Shown here in pieces: positions 1 through 9,812 of a DNA stretch of 64,000 bases. Each line of letters opens with the position of its first letter. Within the stretch, counting starts at the first letter, position 1. Under the pieces are notes generated by a model, which saw nothing but the letters and a program-made list of their open reading frames with translations, ran no database searches and was not told the origin of the DNA. Where the stretch lies: the NCBI GenBank assembly GCA_035556715.1, contig DATMER010000055.1:554-64553 (forward strand), given 5' to 3'. This DNA is from Thermoanaerobaculia bacterium (GTDB taxonomy: Bacteria > Acidobacteriota > Thermoanaerobaculia > Multivoradales > UBA5704). The position numbers and the translations under genes are program-made.

Positions 1-54
1 CGGAAATGCTTCAACATTCGTGTGGCACCTGACGTGGTAGTCCCCAGCTCCGTG

Positions 55-83
55 TTGACACCAGGGGGGTCACCCCGTACCAT
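55..83 (+). promoter_or_regulatory. Candidate sigma70-like promoter with embedded palindrome upstream of the padR-like gene
   Basis: TTGACA (55-60), a 17-nt spacer, then TACCAT (78-83), about 40 nt upstream of the ATG at 126. The spacer holds the palindrome GGGGT-C-ACCCC (66-76), a possible autoregulatory operator. Pattern match only. Confidence 0.3.
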
Positions 84-125
84 ACCTAGCTAGACAGGTA
101 TTGGGAGCGGCTCAGCCGGAGACCG

Positions 126-461
126 ATGACTCGACAGAAGAACGACATTCTTCAAGGCACTCTCGCGCTGCTGGTGCTCAAGACGCTGGCAGCGAACAAG
201 CGCATGCACGGCTATGCCATCACTACCTACATTCAGCACGTATCGGACGACCTCCTGCGGGTCGAAGAGGGCTCGCTCTACCCGGCACTGCATCGGATGG
301 AGCAACAGGGCTGGCTGCGCTCGGAATGGGGCGTGACCGAGAAGAATCGGCAGGCCCGCTTCTACTCCCTCACGGCCAAGGGGCGTAAGCAGCTCGCGCT
401 CGAGGAAGAGAGCTGGGCGAAGCTCACCGATGGCGTCGACCGGGTGCTCCGCTACACGTAA
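126..461 (+). CDS. PadR family transcriptional regulator
   Basis: 111-aa ORF with PadR winged-helix hallmarks (LQGTLALLVLKTL, HGYAI, EGSLYPALHRMEQQGWL, FYSLTAKG). It lies 14 nt upstream of the permease gene. Confidence 0.9.
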   Translation: MTRQKNDILQGTLALLVLKTLAANKRMHGYAITTYIQHVSDDLLRVEEGSLYPALHRMEQQGWLRSEWGVTEKNRQARFYSLTAKGRKQLALEEESWAKLTDGVDRVLRYT

Positions 462-475
462 CCAAGGAGAAACGG

Positions 476-3079
476 ATGTCCTGGCTGCGCCGGTTGTTCA
501 ATACGCTCCGTCCCTCCAGGATCCAGCGCGATATCGAGCGCGAGCTCGCTTTCCACCTCGCCGAACGGGCTGATCAATTGCGGTCTGAAGGCATGAGCGA
601 CGCGGAGGCGAAGCGCCGCGCTCGCATGCAGTTTGGCAACCCGATCGTGCAGGCCGAGCGTACCCTGGAGGTGAATGTCGCCAACTGGGCCGACGCCCTT
701 CTCCGCAATCTCCGCTATTCCGGTCGCACGTTCGTCCGAAAGCCCGGCTTTACAGCGACGGTTGTGATCACACTCGCAGTTTGCATCGGCGCAAACACCG
801 CCGTCTTTTCGGCGATCGATTCCATCTTGCTCAAACCGCTGCCCTTTCCCAATGGCGAGCGGCTCGTGCTCGTGCGCCAGCTATGGGACACAGAAACGCC
901 CATCGCACCGGCTCGCTTGAATGACTGGACACGCCTGAGCTCGACGTTTGCGGCTCTCACCGGCTACTACGTCGAGGACGTTTCGGACATGACGGGTGAC
1001 TTGCCGGAACGCGTCCGCCGCGCGACGGTCGCACCTCGTTTCCTGGAAGTGTGGGGCATGGCACCGGCTCTGGGACGGGGCTTCACGGAGGCCGAGCAAC
1101 GGCTCGGGGGACCACCGGCCGTGCTCATCAGCGACCGCTACTGGCGCAACCGCCTGGGTGCGGATCCGAACGTGCTGGCCGGCTCGGTTCGCATCGAAGG
1201 CCGGCCGTATTCGATCGTCGGCGTCATGCCCGCGTCCTTCCTGTTTCCCGACCGCAAGGTGGACTTGTGGTGGCCTTACCCGGTCGACGGCCCGTCGGTG
1301 CAGAACGATGCGCAGAACAGGCAGCTCCAGTGGTATGTCGGAATCGGCCGCCTCAAACCCGGCGTGACGCCGGAGCAGGCGCGTGCGGATCTGGCCGTCG
1401 TCCAGGCCCGGCTTGCCAAGGAGTACCCCGAGACGGACGCAGAGATCAGCGTGCGCATCGCACCATACAAGGAGAGCGTGATCGGTGGGGTGCGTGGCTC
1501 GTTATGGCTTTTGTTTGGCGCCGTGTCCGTGCTGTTGTTGATCGCTTGCACGAATATCGCCGCCCTGTTGTTGTCGCGGGCCACCCAGCGTGAACAGGAG
1601 GTTGCGCTCCGCTTCTCGCTCGGGGCTTCGCGCGCTGTCGTGGCGTCCCAACTCTTGACGGAGACAGTTCTGCTCGCGTTCGCCGGCGCCGCTGCCGGCC
1701 TGCTCGTGGCGGCGGGCGCCTCCTCTGCCATTCGAGCCTGGGCGCCGGATCTCCCTCGTATCGAGGAGATCGGAATCGATGCCCGGATCCTGATGTACAC
1801 GATGGCTTCGGCCGTTGTCGTGGCGCTTCTCTGTGGTGTGTTTCCGGCGCTGCGAAGCACCCGCGAGGCATCGTCCTTGGCAAGCGGCGGCCGCACGCAG
1901 GTGTCGGCTCGCCACGCAGTGCAGTGGCTGCTCGTCGGTGTGCAGATGGCGCTGGCGGTCACTCTACTGGCGGGCGCAGGGTTGCTGCTGCGCAGTGTCG
2001 AAGCCCTTTCGCGCGTCGATCCGGGTTTCGATCCGGAGCGGGTGCTGGCGTTTCGCCTGAGCGCCAATTGGATCGAGGAAGAGGATCGCAACCGCCTGGT
2101 CCAGCGTATCGAGGGCACGCTCGACGAGGTCGGCGCGCTGCCCGGCGTCGAGTCGGCGGCAACGGCCTGGAGCCTTCCCGGCGTGCCCCGCCAGTACCGG
2201 ATTGAATTCGATCTGGTTGAGGGGCGGTCCGAGGCCGCGGCCCCTCTTTTCGCCGAGTGGCGTACCGTCTCGCCTGGATATTTCAAGACGCTCCGGATTG
2301 CGCGCGTGGCGGGGGAATGGTGTCGCCGCCCGCCGGATGCGCGAGCCACGGCGGAGGTGATGGTGAACCGCAGCTTTGCGGACCGCTACTTCAGCGGCAG
2401 GTCCGTGCTCGGCCTTCGCCTGAGCTGGGAAGACGCATCTCAAACAGGTCGGATCGTTGGCGTCGTCGCAGACGCCCGGGAGCTCGGCTTGGACCGGGAT
2501 CCCGATCCCACAGTGTACGCTTGTGACAGCGCTCCCACTCCGTTTCCCTGGTTCCTGGTACGGACTCAAGGCGAGCCGTTGGCTTTGGCCGGGGCCGTCC
2601 GCCTGAAGCTCAAGGAGCTCGAACCGCTCCGGTCGGTCTACGACATGGCGCCGCTGGAGGAACGAATCGGCGACGCCTATGAGCAGAATCGTTTGCGCAC
2701 GATGCTCCTGGTCCTGTTCGCCGCAACGGCGCTTTTCCTGGCCTGCCTGGGGTTGTACGGAACGCTGAGCTACGTCGTCAGCCTGCGCCGTCGCGAGGTC
2801 GGCTTGCGCCTGGCGCTTGGAGCGCTGCGGAGCGAGATCATCCGGCAGCTCGTCGGGCAAGGCCTGCGAGTGGTCAGCCTGGCATGTCTCTGCGGCCTGG
2901 CACTGGCGGTCGCCTTCACTCGCGTGTTGTCCGGCATGCTGTACGGTGTTTCGCCCTCGGACCCCTTCACTCTCGCCGGCGTTGTCGTGATCGTTCTTGC
3001 CGTTGGATCGCTGGCGGCACTGGTCCCCGCCGCACGCGCCAGCCAGATCGAGCCGATGCGCGTCCTCCGCGAAGAGTAG
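476..3079 (+). CDS. ADOP-type duplicated MacB/FtsX-like ABC transporter permease
   Basis: 867-aa ORF with AAGGAG upstream. It has two halves, each with a large periplasmic region and FtsX-like TM bundles (e.g. LLLIACTNIAALLLSRA, LLVLFAATALFLACLGLYG). The PadR plus orphan duplicated permease pairing is typical of Acidobacteriota. Confidence 0.9.
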   Translation: MSWLRRLFNTLRPSRIQRDIERELAFHLAERADQLRSEGMSDAEAKRRARMQFGNPIVQAERTLEVNVANWADALLRNLRYSGRTFVRKPGFTATVVITLAVCIGANTAVFSAIDSILLKPLPFPNGERLVLVRQLWDTETPIAPARLNDWTRLSSTFAALTGYYVEDVSDMTGDLPERVRRATVAPRFLEVWGMAPALGRGFTEAEQRLGGPPAVLISDRYWRNRLGADPNVLAGSVRIEGRPYSIVGVMPASFLFPDRKVDLWWPYPVDGPSVQNDAQNRQLQWYVGIGRLKPGVTPEQARADLAVVQARLAKEYPETDAEISVRIAPYKESVIGGVRGSLWLLFGAVSVLLLIACTNIAALLLSRATQREQEVALRFSLGASRAVVASQLLTETVLLAFAGAAAGLLVAAGASSAIRAWAPDLPRIEEIGIDARILMYTMASAVVVALLCGVFPALRSTREASSLASGGRTQVSARHAVQWLLVGVQMALAVTLLAGAGLLLRSVEALSRVDPGFDPERVLAFRLSANWIEEEDRNRLVQRIEGTLDEVGALPGVESAATAWSLPGVPRQYRIEFDLVEGRSEAAAPLFAEWRTVSPGYFKTLRIARVAGEWCRRPPDARATAEVMVNRSFADRYFSGRSVLGLRLSWEDASQTGRIVGVVADARELGLDRDPDPTVYACDSAPTPFPWFLVRTQGEPLALAGAVRLKLKELEPLRSVYDMAPLEERIGDAYEQNRLRTMLLVLFAATALFLACLGLYGTLSYVVSLRRREVGLRLALGALRSEIIRQLVGQGLRVVSLACLCGLALAVAFTRVLSGMLYGVSPSDPFTLAGVVVIVLAVGSLAALVPAARASQIEPMRVLREE

Positions 3080-3212
3080 ATCACCTGCGAGCTCGCCGGC
3101 AAACGAAGATTCTTCTCCCAGAGTCCGATCGTCCACGTAACGAACCGCTCCCCCCCGGAGCCCTACTTCAGCGACGTCCGCGCTCGGACCCGAACGCGCC
3201 ACTTGCTGCTTC

Positions 3213-5162
3213 ATGGAGGCCATGATGCCCGACATTCTCAACGACGCCCCATCGACCTTCGAGACGGGGCTTCCTGACCTGAACCCCGGCGATTCGGCCG
3301 ACTTCGAGTTCCACAACGAGGCGCGCCAGGCGTTGCGGGCCCTCAACCAGCTCGCTTTCGCCGATCGTGGCGCACCCGGCCTGACGGTGCGTTCGGTAGT
3401 CGAGGACGGCGCGATCGATGACGGGGTGTTCGACAACCTCGCCGCGTTCCAGGCCACCCTCAACACTGTGGCCGCCGCGGGAGGAGGGATCGCTCTGGTC
3501 CCCGCTGTCCAGGCGAATGGGAGCTTCCTGTTTAAAGGAACGCTCACCATCCCGGCCAACGTCATCCTCCGCGGGCTCGGTGACCGCTCGGTCCTCAGGG
3601 GACGCCCTCCAGAAGGGCCAGCAATTCGCTTCGCGCCAAGCGCTCACCGCGGAGGGCTGGAAAGCCTGTACCTCCTCGGGGACGAGGGCTCCCCACCGGC
3701 CATCGGCATCGACCTCACTGGAGCCCAGTTCCTGCGTCTGCGGAACTTCCAGGTATGGGACTTCCAGCTCGGCGTCTGCATGTCCAATGGCCTGACGAAG
3801 TTCGCCGGCTGCAATCACGTGAGCGACTTCGAGATCAACCGGTGCCATGTCGGGATCCGTGCCTCGACGCACTGCAACCAGGCCTCCGTGCTCAACGGAC
3901 GGATCTGGCTCTGCCGCAACATGGGCGCCGGGACGGCAATCGACATTTCGCCGCCCGAGGCCGGCGAACAAGAGGACGCGGTTCCATCGGCGGAGGCGCT
4001 GACGATCGCCCATGTAGCGATCGAGGACTTCGACCTGGGGGTTCGTATCCGTGGCCGGGCGCACGTCTCGCTACGGGACGTTTACTACGAGGCGGATCCC
4101 GATCCCAACCCCAATCCCCCCGGCCTCTGGATGGATATCCGCCCCGCCAAGGGCTCGACCGTACGGATGGAAAACAGCGTTGCCAACGCCAGCCAGTCGC
4201 TGGTCATGGGCGGCTCGCTCGAGGACGCGATCACAAACGACGAGCGTTCGCACATTTACAACGGCGCCAAGCGCCACCATGCTGCGGCACCCGAGCGCAA
4301 CCTCCTCGAGAACGGCGACTTCCACCGCGCCGATGGCAAGTCGATCCTGCCTTGGGAAACCAACCTCGACCCGGTGCTCGAGGAGAGTACGGACTTCATC
4401 ACCGGTGGCCGCAGCTACGACATCACCCAGTCCTCCAGTGGCAACGACGGGATAAAAACCACGTTCACCGTGCCCGAGACCACCGACTACGTCACCGTCA
4501 TGGTTCGCTACAAAAACATATCGAGCGCCCATCCGCAGTTCGCAGTCGTTTCGGGAACCAAATCGGCGATCTTCGTCGATCCGCTCCCGCCTTCTGAAAA
4601 GGAGTGGCGCGTCGGGACAATCACGGTTGAGGTCGACCCCTTGGCGGCTGGCGTGGTCCTCGTCGTCATTACGGCGGACCAGTCGGCTGCAGGCGGGAAG
4701 ATCCGCCTTGACGAGGCCTGGGCCGTCGTGGGAGCCACCGCCGCGCCGCCCAGGGCTCACGCCCACCGGGTCGAGATGTTGCCCGCGCCAGTCACCGTGG
4801 TGACCCGGGCCGCACTGAAAACCGATTCCGAGTTCGAGCAGACCGAGCTGGTCGGGCTGCCGGGGCTCGGCGGCGCCCCGCGAGGCATCATCGGCGCCAT
4901 TCTGTCGCTGCGGGGGACGGCCACCGCCAGCAAGGACCCGAGCAACATCGGCGCTACGCTGCCTCGAGCGGTAAGACCGTTCATCCGGGAGCCGGAGACG
5001 GGCCAGCAGTGGCCGCTCGATATCATCTTCGACCGGCTGGAGCACGACCGGCAGGTAGTGCTACGGGGCACGTCTTTCGTCGACGGAATCAACGTCTCCA
5101 AGGGTTCGGTGACGATCACGAGCTATCGCGTCGAGGTGGTGGGCTGGATTCTCCCGTCGTAA
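3213..5162 (+). CDS. Right-handed beta-helix (pectate-lyase-3 / tailspike-like) protein
   Basis: 649-aa ORF. Its N-terminal segment (VEDGAIDDGVFDNLAAFQATLNTVAAAGGGIALVPA...GSFLFKGTLTIPANVILRGLG) resembles the pectate lyase superfamily/tailspike entry motif. No signal peptide is seen. The start is ambiguous among ATGs at 3213, 3222 and 3225. Confidence 0.7.
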   Translation: MEAMMPDILNDAPSTFETGLPDLNPGDSADFEFHNEARQALRALNQLAFADRGAPGLTVRSVVEDGAIDDGVFDNLAAFQATLNTVAAAGGGIALVPAVQANGSFLFKGTLTIPANVILRGLGDRSVLRGRPPEGPAIRFAPSAHRGGLESLYLLGDEGSPPAIGIDLTGAQFLRLRNFQVWDFQLGVCMSNGLTKFAGCNHVSDFEINRCHVGIRASTHCNQASVLNGRIWLCRNMGAGTAIDISPPEAGEQEDAVPSAEALTIAHVAIEDFDLGVRIRGRAHVSLRDVYYEADPDPNPNPPGLWMDIRPAKGSTVRMENSVANASQSLVMGGSLEDAITNDERSHIYNGAKRHHAAAPERNLLENGDFHRADGKSILPWETNLDPVLEESTDFITGGRSYDITQSSSGNDGIKTTFTVPETTDYVTVMVRYKNISSAHPQFAVVSGTKSAIFVDPLPPSEKEWRVGTITVEVDPLAAGVVLVVITADQSAAGGKIRLDEAWAVVGATAAPPRAHAHRVEMLPAPVTVVTRAALKTDSEFEQTELVGLPGLGGAPRGIIGAILSLRGTATASKDPSNIGATLPRAVRPFIREPETGQQWPLDIIFDRLEHDRQVVLRGTSFVDGINVSKGSVTITSYRVEVVGWILPS

Positions 5163-5189
5163 TAACCAGCAAGTGATAGACTTTTCCGC

Positions 5190-5927
5190 ATGCCGGAAGG
5201 TCGAACTGACTGGCGGCTCTGGCCGAGGATCTTCGACGCCCTGCCTCCCTTGCGAGGACAGACCGTCCTCGACCTGGGGTGCGGGATCGGCGATCAAGCG
5301 GCCGAGCTCGTGGACCGAGGAGCGCGGGTGATCGGCGTCGACATGAATGAGGATCTCCTCCGGGCGGCGCAGGACAGGCAGCTCCCCCAGTTCTGCAATA
5401 TCGAGCTCCGGATGGGTGACCTGCGCGCGTTGCCGGACCTGGGAATCGTGGCGGACGGGATCTGGTCCAGCTTCGCCGCGGCGTATTTCCCGGATCTGCC
5501 CGCGGTGCTCTCCGCGTGGGCGCGGCACCTGAAACCGGGGGGTTGGCTTGCGCTCACGGAAATCGACAACATGTTCGGACACGAGCCACTCAGCGTCCGC
5601 ACCAAAGCCTTGTTCGAGGCCTATGCCCGGGATGCCCTCTCGGCCGGACGGTACGATTTCAACATGGGCCGCAAGCTCCGGAATTACCTCGAGCAGTCCG
5701 GATTCCCGGTCTCGACGATGCTGACGCTCGAGGACCAGGAACTGTCTTTCGACGGTCCGGCCCTTCCGGAGGTGGTCGAATCCTGGCGGGCCCGGTTCGA
5801 CCGCATGAAGCTGCTCCGCGACTTCTGCGGCCCGAGCTTCGAGCAGGTGCGGGAGGAATTCCTGGGCTGCCTGACACGTGCGGACCATCGCTCTGCCGCG
5901 AAGGTGTATTGCTGCATCGCCACCTAG
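5190..5927 (+). CDS. Class I SAM-dependent methyltransferase
   Basis: 245-aa ORF with SAM-binding motif I (VLDLGCGIGDQAAEL) followed by an acidic loop (VIGVDMNEDLL). Confidence 0.9.
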   Translation: MPEGRTDWRLWPRIFDALPPLRGQTVLDLGCGIGDQAAELVDRGARVIGVDMNEDLLRAAQDRQLPQFCNIELRMGDLRALPDLGIVADGIWSSFAAAYFPDLPAVLSAWARHLKPGGWLALTEIDNMFGHEPLSVRTKALFEAYARDALSAGRYDFNMGRKLRNYLEQSGFPVSTMLTLEDQELSFDGPALPEVVESWRARFDRMKLLRDFCGPSFEQVREEFLGCLTRADHRSAAKVYCCIAT

Positions 5928-5971
5928 TCGCTTGCGTCATTGCCGGGAAGCAATGAGCATCTGCTGACGCC

Positions 5972-6508
5972 ATGCGTATCGCCATCTCCGGCACTCACCG
6001 CTCGGGCAAGTCCACCCTCCTCGAGGACCTGGCCGAGGTCCTACCGGCCTACACGGCGATCGAGGAGCCGTACCACCAGCTCGCGGAGGAGGGCTACGAA
6101 TTCGCCGAAGCACCGTCTCTCGAAGACTTTGTAGAGCAGCTCGAACGATCCATCCTCTGTCTGCAGGAGAGCGAGGCGGACATCCTCTTCGATCGCTGCC
6201 CCGCCGACTTCCTTGGTTATCTCCTGGCCCACGAGGATTCCGAGGCTTTCGACATCGAGGATTGGCTGCCTCGCGTTCGGGCCGCGGTTCAGACGCTCGA
6301 CTTGATCGTGTTCGTGCCGGTCGAAGGCCGGGACCGGATCGCGCTCTCCGCTTCCGAGGACAACGCCTTCAGGCTGGACGTCGATGACAGGCTCAGGACG
6401 GTCCTTTTCGAGGATCCGTACGATCTTCACGCGGAAGTGCTGGAGGTGGCGGGAGATCGGAAGACACGCGTGAAGCAGGTCCTGGAGCGCATCAAGGAGC
6501 AGGCATGA
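5972..6508 (+). CDS. P-loop ATPase (AAA_28/NadR-like small ATPase)
   Basis: 178-aa ORF with Walker A ISGTHRSGKST and a hydrophobic-strand/acidic Walker B-like ILFDRCP. Confidence 0.8.
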   Translation: MRIAISGTHRSGKSTLLEDLAEVLPAYTAIEEPYHQLAEEGYEFAEAPSLEDFVEQLERSILCLQESEADILFDRCPADFLGYLLAHEDSEAFDIEDWLPRVRAAVQTLDLIVFVPVEGRDRIALSASEDNAFRLDVDDRLRTVLFEDPYDLHAEVLEVAGDRKTRVKQVLERIKEQA

Positions 6509-6654
6509 AGGACCGGTCTCGTGCAGTAGCTGGTGTCATCGCGGGTATCTGCCTATCTCGCGACCATGGAGCCGCCGCGCTGATCAACGCGGGCTTTCCG
6601 CAGGAGCCTCTGCAACCGATCGTGGTGCCCTGCGACGATCAGGGTTGAGAACAG

Positions 6655-6687
6655 GCCCGCCTCCACCCTGCCAGGGTGGAGGCGGGC
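6655..6687. terminator. Perfect 15-bp stem hairpin between convergent genes (candidate bidirectional terminator)
   Basis: GCCCGCCTCCACCCT (6655-6669), loop GCC, then AGGGTGGAGGCGGGC (6673-6687). It sits between the stop of 5972..6508 (+) and the stop of 6695..7465 (-). There is no U-tract. Confidence 0.55.
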
Positions 6688-6694
6688 TCATCCG

Positions 6695-7465
6695 CTACCG
6701 GGGACCCTTCGACACCGCGTCCCAGAAGAACAGCTCATAGGCCTGGAGGAGACGCGCCGAGCGCTTGATCTCGAAGGGATCGGCGCCCCTGGCCAGGCCG
6801 GATTCGATCACGGCCATGGCATCCGGCTCGAAGTTCGGGGGCAGGCCGCCGAAGAAATCGAAGAAGGCCGTGTCCTCCGCCGTGAAGCCGTACTGGTTCC
6901 GCAGCGCGGCGCCCATGCGGCCCGTCAGCTCCCCGAAGACCGGGAAGTTCACCAGGAACGATGCCACCACCTCCGCCTCCGAGCCGTGGAGCGTGAAGGC
7001 GGTCACGAAGGACGGGTAGGCCTGGGCCAGGGCGCGGGGTTGGTATCTCCGGAGGTCCTCCTCGGTCATGCCCAGGGCCTCGCCGAAGTCGATGATGAAT
7101 CCCAGGGCGATCACCTCGCCGTTCACGATGTCCTGGAAGAAGTGCCGCGCAGCGGGGTCCGTGCCGAAGCGGCTCACCATCTGGGCGCCGCTCCGCAGAT
7201 CCTTGTTGATGATGTGGTACTGCTCCCCCGCGAAGGCTTTCAGGTTCTCCAGCGACACCTCCTTCCGCTCCAGCGCTCTCATGTAGGGGTGGTTGCGGAT
7301 CTGCTCCTCCACCGGGCGGAGCTCCGCGCGCAGCTCGTTCACCAGCCTCCTGGCCCGCTCGGCGGGAGTCGCCGCCGCGGCCGTCTCCGCGATTCCTTCA
7401 CCGGCGTGCGCGGTTCCCCCCAAAGTCAGCAGCAGTATTGACGCCACGAGAATGATTCGGCTCAT
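6695..7465 (-). CDS. Secreted TenA/PqqC-like (heme-oxygenase-like fold) protein
   Basis: The ORF begins with the signal peptide MSRIILVASILLLTLGGTAHA. An AAGGAG lies 6 nt upstream of the ATG at 7465. The helical body (HPYMRALERKEVSLENLKAFAGEQYHII...) resembles the TenA/THI-4/PqqC family. The family assignment is tentative. Confidence 0.65.
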   Translation of the reverse strand: MSRIILVASILLLTLGGTAHAGEGIAETAAAATPAERARRLVNELRAELRPVEEQIRNHPYMRALERKEVSLENLKAFAGEQYHIINKDLRSGAQMVSRFGTDPAARHFFQDIVNGEVIALGFIIDFGEALGMTEEDLRRYQPRALAQAYPSFVTAFTLHGSEAEVVASFLVNFPVFGELTGRMGAALRNQYGFTAEDTAFFDFFGGLPPNFEPDAMAVIESGLARGADPFEIKRSARLLQAYELFFWDAVSKGPR

Positions 7466-7545
7466 CTCGATCTCCTTTCCGGTCTTGTGACAGACAACGT
7501 TCATAGCCCTGTATGGATCTACGGATGTGCTAGCGTTCTCCCGCC

Positions 7546-8484
7546 ATGGCGTCCCCGCCCTCCTCCACTCCGGCCATCCGCTGCCGCGGCCTCGTCAAAC
7601 GCTTCGAGGACGTCGTGGCCGTCGCCGGGCTCGACCTCGAGATCGCGCGCGGCGAGTGCTTCGGGCTGCTCGGGCCGAACGGCGCGGGCAAGACCACGAC
7701 CATCGAGATCCTGGAGGGCTTGACCGAGCCGGACGAGGGGGAGGTCGAGCTTCTGGGCGAGACCTGGCAGGGGGACGGCCGCGAGCTCCGCGAGCGGCTC
7801 GGCGTCTCGCTCCAGGAGACGCAGCTCAACGAGAAGCTTACCGTGGCCGAGACGATCCGGCTGTTCCGCTCCTTCTACCGCGAGGGGCGCGACCCCGAGC
7901 AGGTGCTCGCGGCGCTCGCCCTGGAGGAGAAGCGCGACGCCCGCGTCGGCAAGCTCTCGGGCGGGCAGAAGCAGCGCCTGGCCGTGGCCTGCGCCCTGGT
8001 GGGAGACCCCGATCTGCTGTTCCTCGACGAGCCGACCACGGGTCTCGATCCGCAGAGCCGCCTCCAGCTCTGGCAGCAGGTCACCGCCTTCCGCGCGCAG
8101 GGCGGAACCGTGCTGCTGACCACTCATTATATGGACGAGGCCGAGCGCCTCTGCGACCGGGTGGCGATCGTCGATCATGGCCGCGTCATCGCCCTGGGTA
8201 CGCCGACCGAGCTCATCCGCTCGCTGCACGCGGCCGACGTGATCGAGTTCATCTCCGAACCCATGCTCATGGAAGAGGACCTGCGGCTCCTCCCCGGAGT
8301 TTCGGACGTCCACCGGCGCGGCCCCAACCTAGCGCTCGCCGTCACCTCGGTGACTGAAAGCGTTCCCCCTCTGCTCGCCGCGGTCGAGCGGGCCGGGGCG
8401 CGGCTCACCCACCTCTCGACCCACCGCGCCACCCTCGAAGACCTGTTCGTATCCCTCACCGGCCGGGAGCTGCGCGATGCCTGA
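7546..8484 (+). CDS. ABC transporter ATP-binding protein (ABC-2 subfamily)
   Basis: Walker A GLLGPNGAGKTTT, ABC signature LSGGQKQRL and Walker B LLFLDEPTTGLD. Confidence 0.95.
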   Translation: MASPPSSTPAIRCRGLVKRFEDVVAVAGLDLEIARGECFGLLGPNGAGKTTTIEILEGLTEPDEGEVELLGETWQGDGRELRERLGVSLQETQLNEKLTVAETIRLFRSFYREGRDPEQVLAALALEEKRDARVGKLSGGQKQRLAVACALVGDPDLLFLDEPTTGLDPQSRLQLWQQVTAFRAQGGTVLLTTHYMDEAERLCDRVAIVDHGRVIALGTPTELIRSLHAADVIEFISEPMLMEEDLRLLPGVSDVHRRGPNLALAVTSVTESVPPLLAAVERAGARLTHLSTHRATLEDLFVSLTGRELRDA

Positions 8485-9529
8485 GAGCGCGGCCCGCATC
8501 CGCCTGCACTCATTGCGCGAGCTGACCGCGAGCCGCATGCGGGAGTTCCTGCGCGAGCCCGAAGCGCTCTTCTGGGTCTTCTTCTTCCCGGTGCTGCTCG
8601 CCATCGTGCTCGGCCTTGCCTTCCGCGAGAAGCCTCCGGACCGTGCCCCAGTCGGCGTGGTCGCCGGGCCGGGCGCCGAGCCGGCCCTGGCTGCCCTGGC
8701 GCGCTCGCCCGGACTGCTGCCGAAGACGTATGGCGTGGAGGAGGGCCGCGAGGCCCTGCGCACGGGCAAGATCTCGCTCCTGGTCGAGCCCGGCCCGCCG
8801 GTCGTCTTTCGCTTCGACGAGACCCGTCCCGAGTCGCGCATCGCCCGCCTCGAGGCGGACGACGCCCTGCAGCGCGCCGCCGGGAGGGCCGACCCGTTGC
8901 CGGTGCGCGCCGAGCGGGTCACCGAAAAGGGCTCGCGCTACATCGACTTCCTGATCCCGGGCCTGCTGGGAATGAACCTCATGGGCACCGGCATCTGGAG
9001 CCTCGCCTTCTCGATCACCTCCGCGCGCAACCGCCGGGTGCTCAAGCGCCTGGTCGCCACCCCGATGCGGCGCAGCGATTACCTGCTGTCTCAGATCCTG
9101 GGGCGGATGGTCTTCCTGCCGCCCGAGATCCTGCTGCTCGCCGGTTTCGGCTGGCTCGCCTTCGACGTGCCCATGCGCGGGTCGCTGATCCTGTTCTTCG
9201 CCGTCTGCCTTCTCGGGGCCATGTCCTTCTGCGGCCTGGGGCTCCTGATCGCCTCGCGGGTGCGCACCATCGAGGGGGCGAGCGGGCTCGCCAACCTCGT
9301 GATGATGCCGATGTGGCTCCTGTCGGGAGTCTTCTTCTCCGCAGAAAGGTTTCCGGACGCCGTCCAGCCCCTGATCCGCGCCCTGCCCCTGACCGCGCTC
9401 AACGAGGCCCTGCGGATGGTCACGAACGAAGGCCGCGGCCTGGTCGCGATCGCTCCCCAGCTCGCCATCATCACCGCCTGGGGTCTCGTCAGCTTTGCCG
9501 TCGCCCTGAAGATCTTCCGCTGGAAGTAG
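8477..9529 (+). CDS. ABC-2 type transporter permease
   Basis: 350-aa ORF overlapping the ATPase gene by 8 nt. It has multiple TM segments in the C-terminal half (FLIPGLLGMNLMGTGIW, ILLLAGFGWLAF, LILFFAVCLLGAMSFCGLGLLIA). Confidence 0.9.
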   Translation: MPESAARIRLHSLRELTASRMREFLREPEALFWVFFFPVLLAIVLGLAFREKPPDRAPVGVVAGPGAEPALAALARSPGLLPKTYGVEEGREALRTGKISLLVEPGPPVVFRFDETRPESRIARLEADDALQRAAGRADPLPVRAERVTEKGSRYIDFLIPGLLGMNLMGTGIWSLAFSITSARNRRVLKRLVATPMRRSDYLLSQILGRMVFLPPEILLLAGFGWLAFDVPMRGSLILFFAVCLLGAMSFCGLGLLIASRVRTIEGASGLANLVMMPMWLLSGVFFSAERFPDAVQPLIRALPLTALNEALRMVTNEGRGLVAIAPQLAIITAWGLVSFAVALKIFRWK

Positions 9530-9542
9530 GGAGGAAGAGCGT

Positions 9543-9812
9543 ATGGACGCCGATCTCGAGCAGATGTCCCGCGAGCAGCTCATCGACGAAGTCAGGAAGC
9601 TGCGACAGGGCATCCGCGATCATCGTGACAGCAAGGGGCACGAGCTGTGCTGGCATCATCCGGCGCTTTGGGGGCTCCTGCCGGAGAAGACGGATCCGAT
9701 TCCCGTGGTGCCCGACTGGCCTCAGTTCATGCGGGGCTGCATCAAGTACCGCCAGTCGCTCGACGAGCAGGCGCCTGACGCACCGCGATCCGGGGAGCCT
9801 TACCAGAGGTGA
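9543..9812 (+). CDS. Conserved hypothetical small protein
   Basis: 89-aa ORF with protein-like composition (EQLIDEVRKLRQGIRDHRD...CWHHPALWGLLPE). It is coupled to the downstream GNAT gene through a GTGA overlap. Confidence 0.6.
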   Translation: MDADLEQMSREQLIDEVRKLRQGIRDHRDSKGHELCWHHPALWGLLPEKTDPIPVVPDWPQFMRGCIKYRQSLDEQAPDAPRSGEPYQR

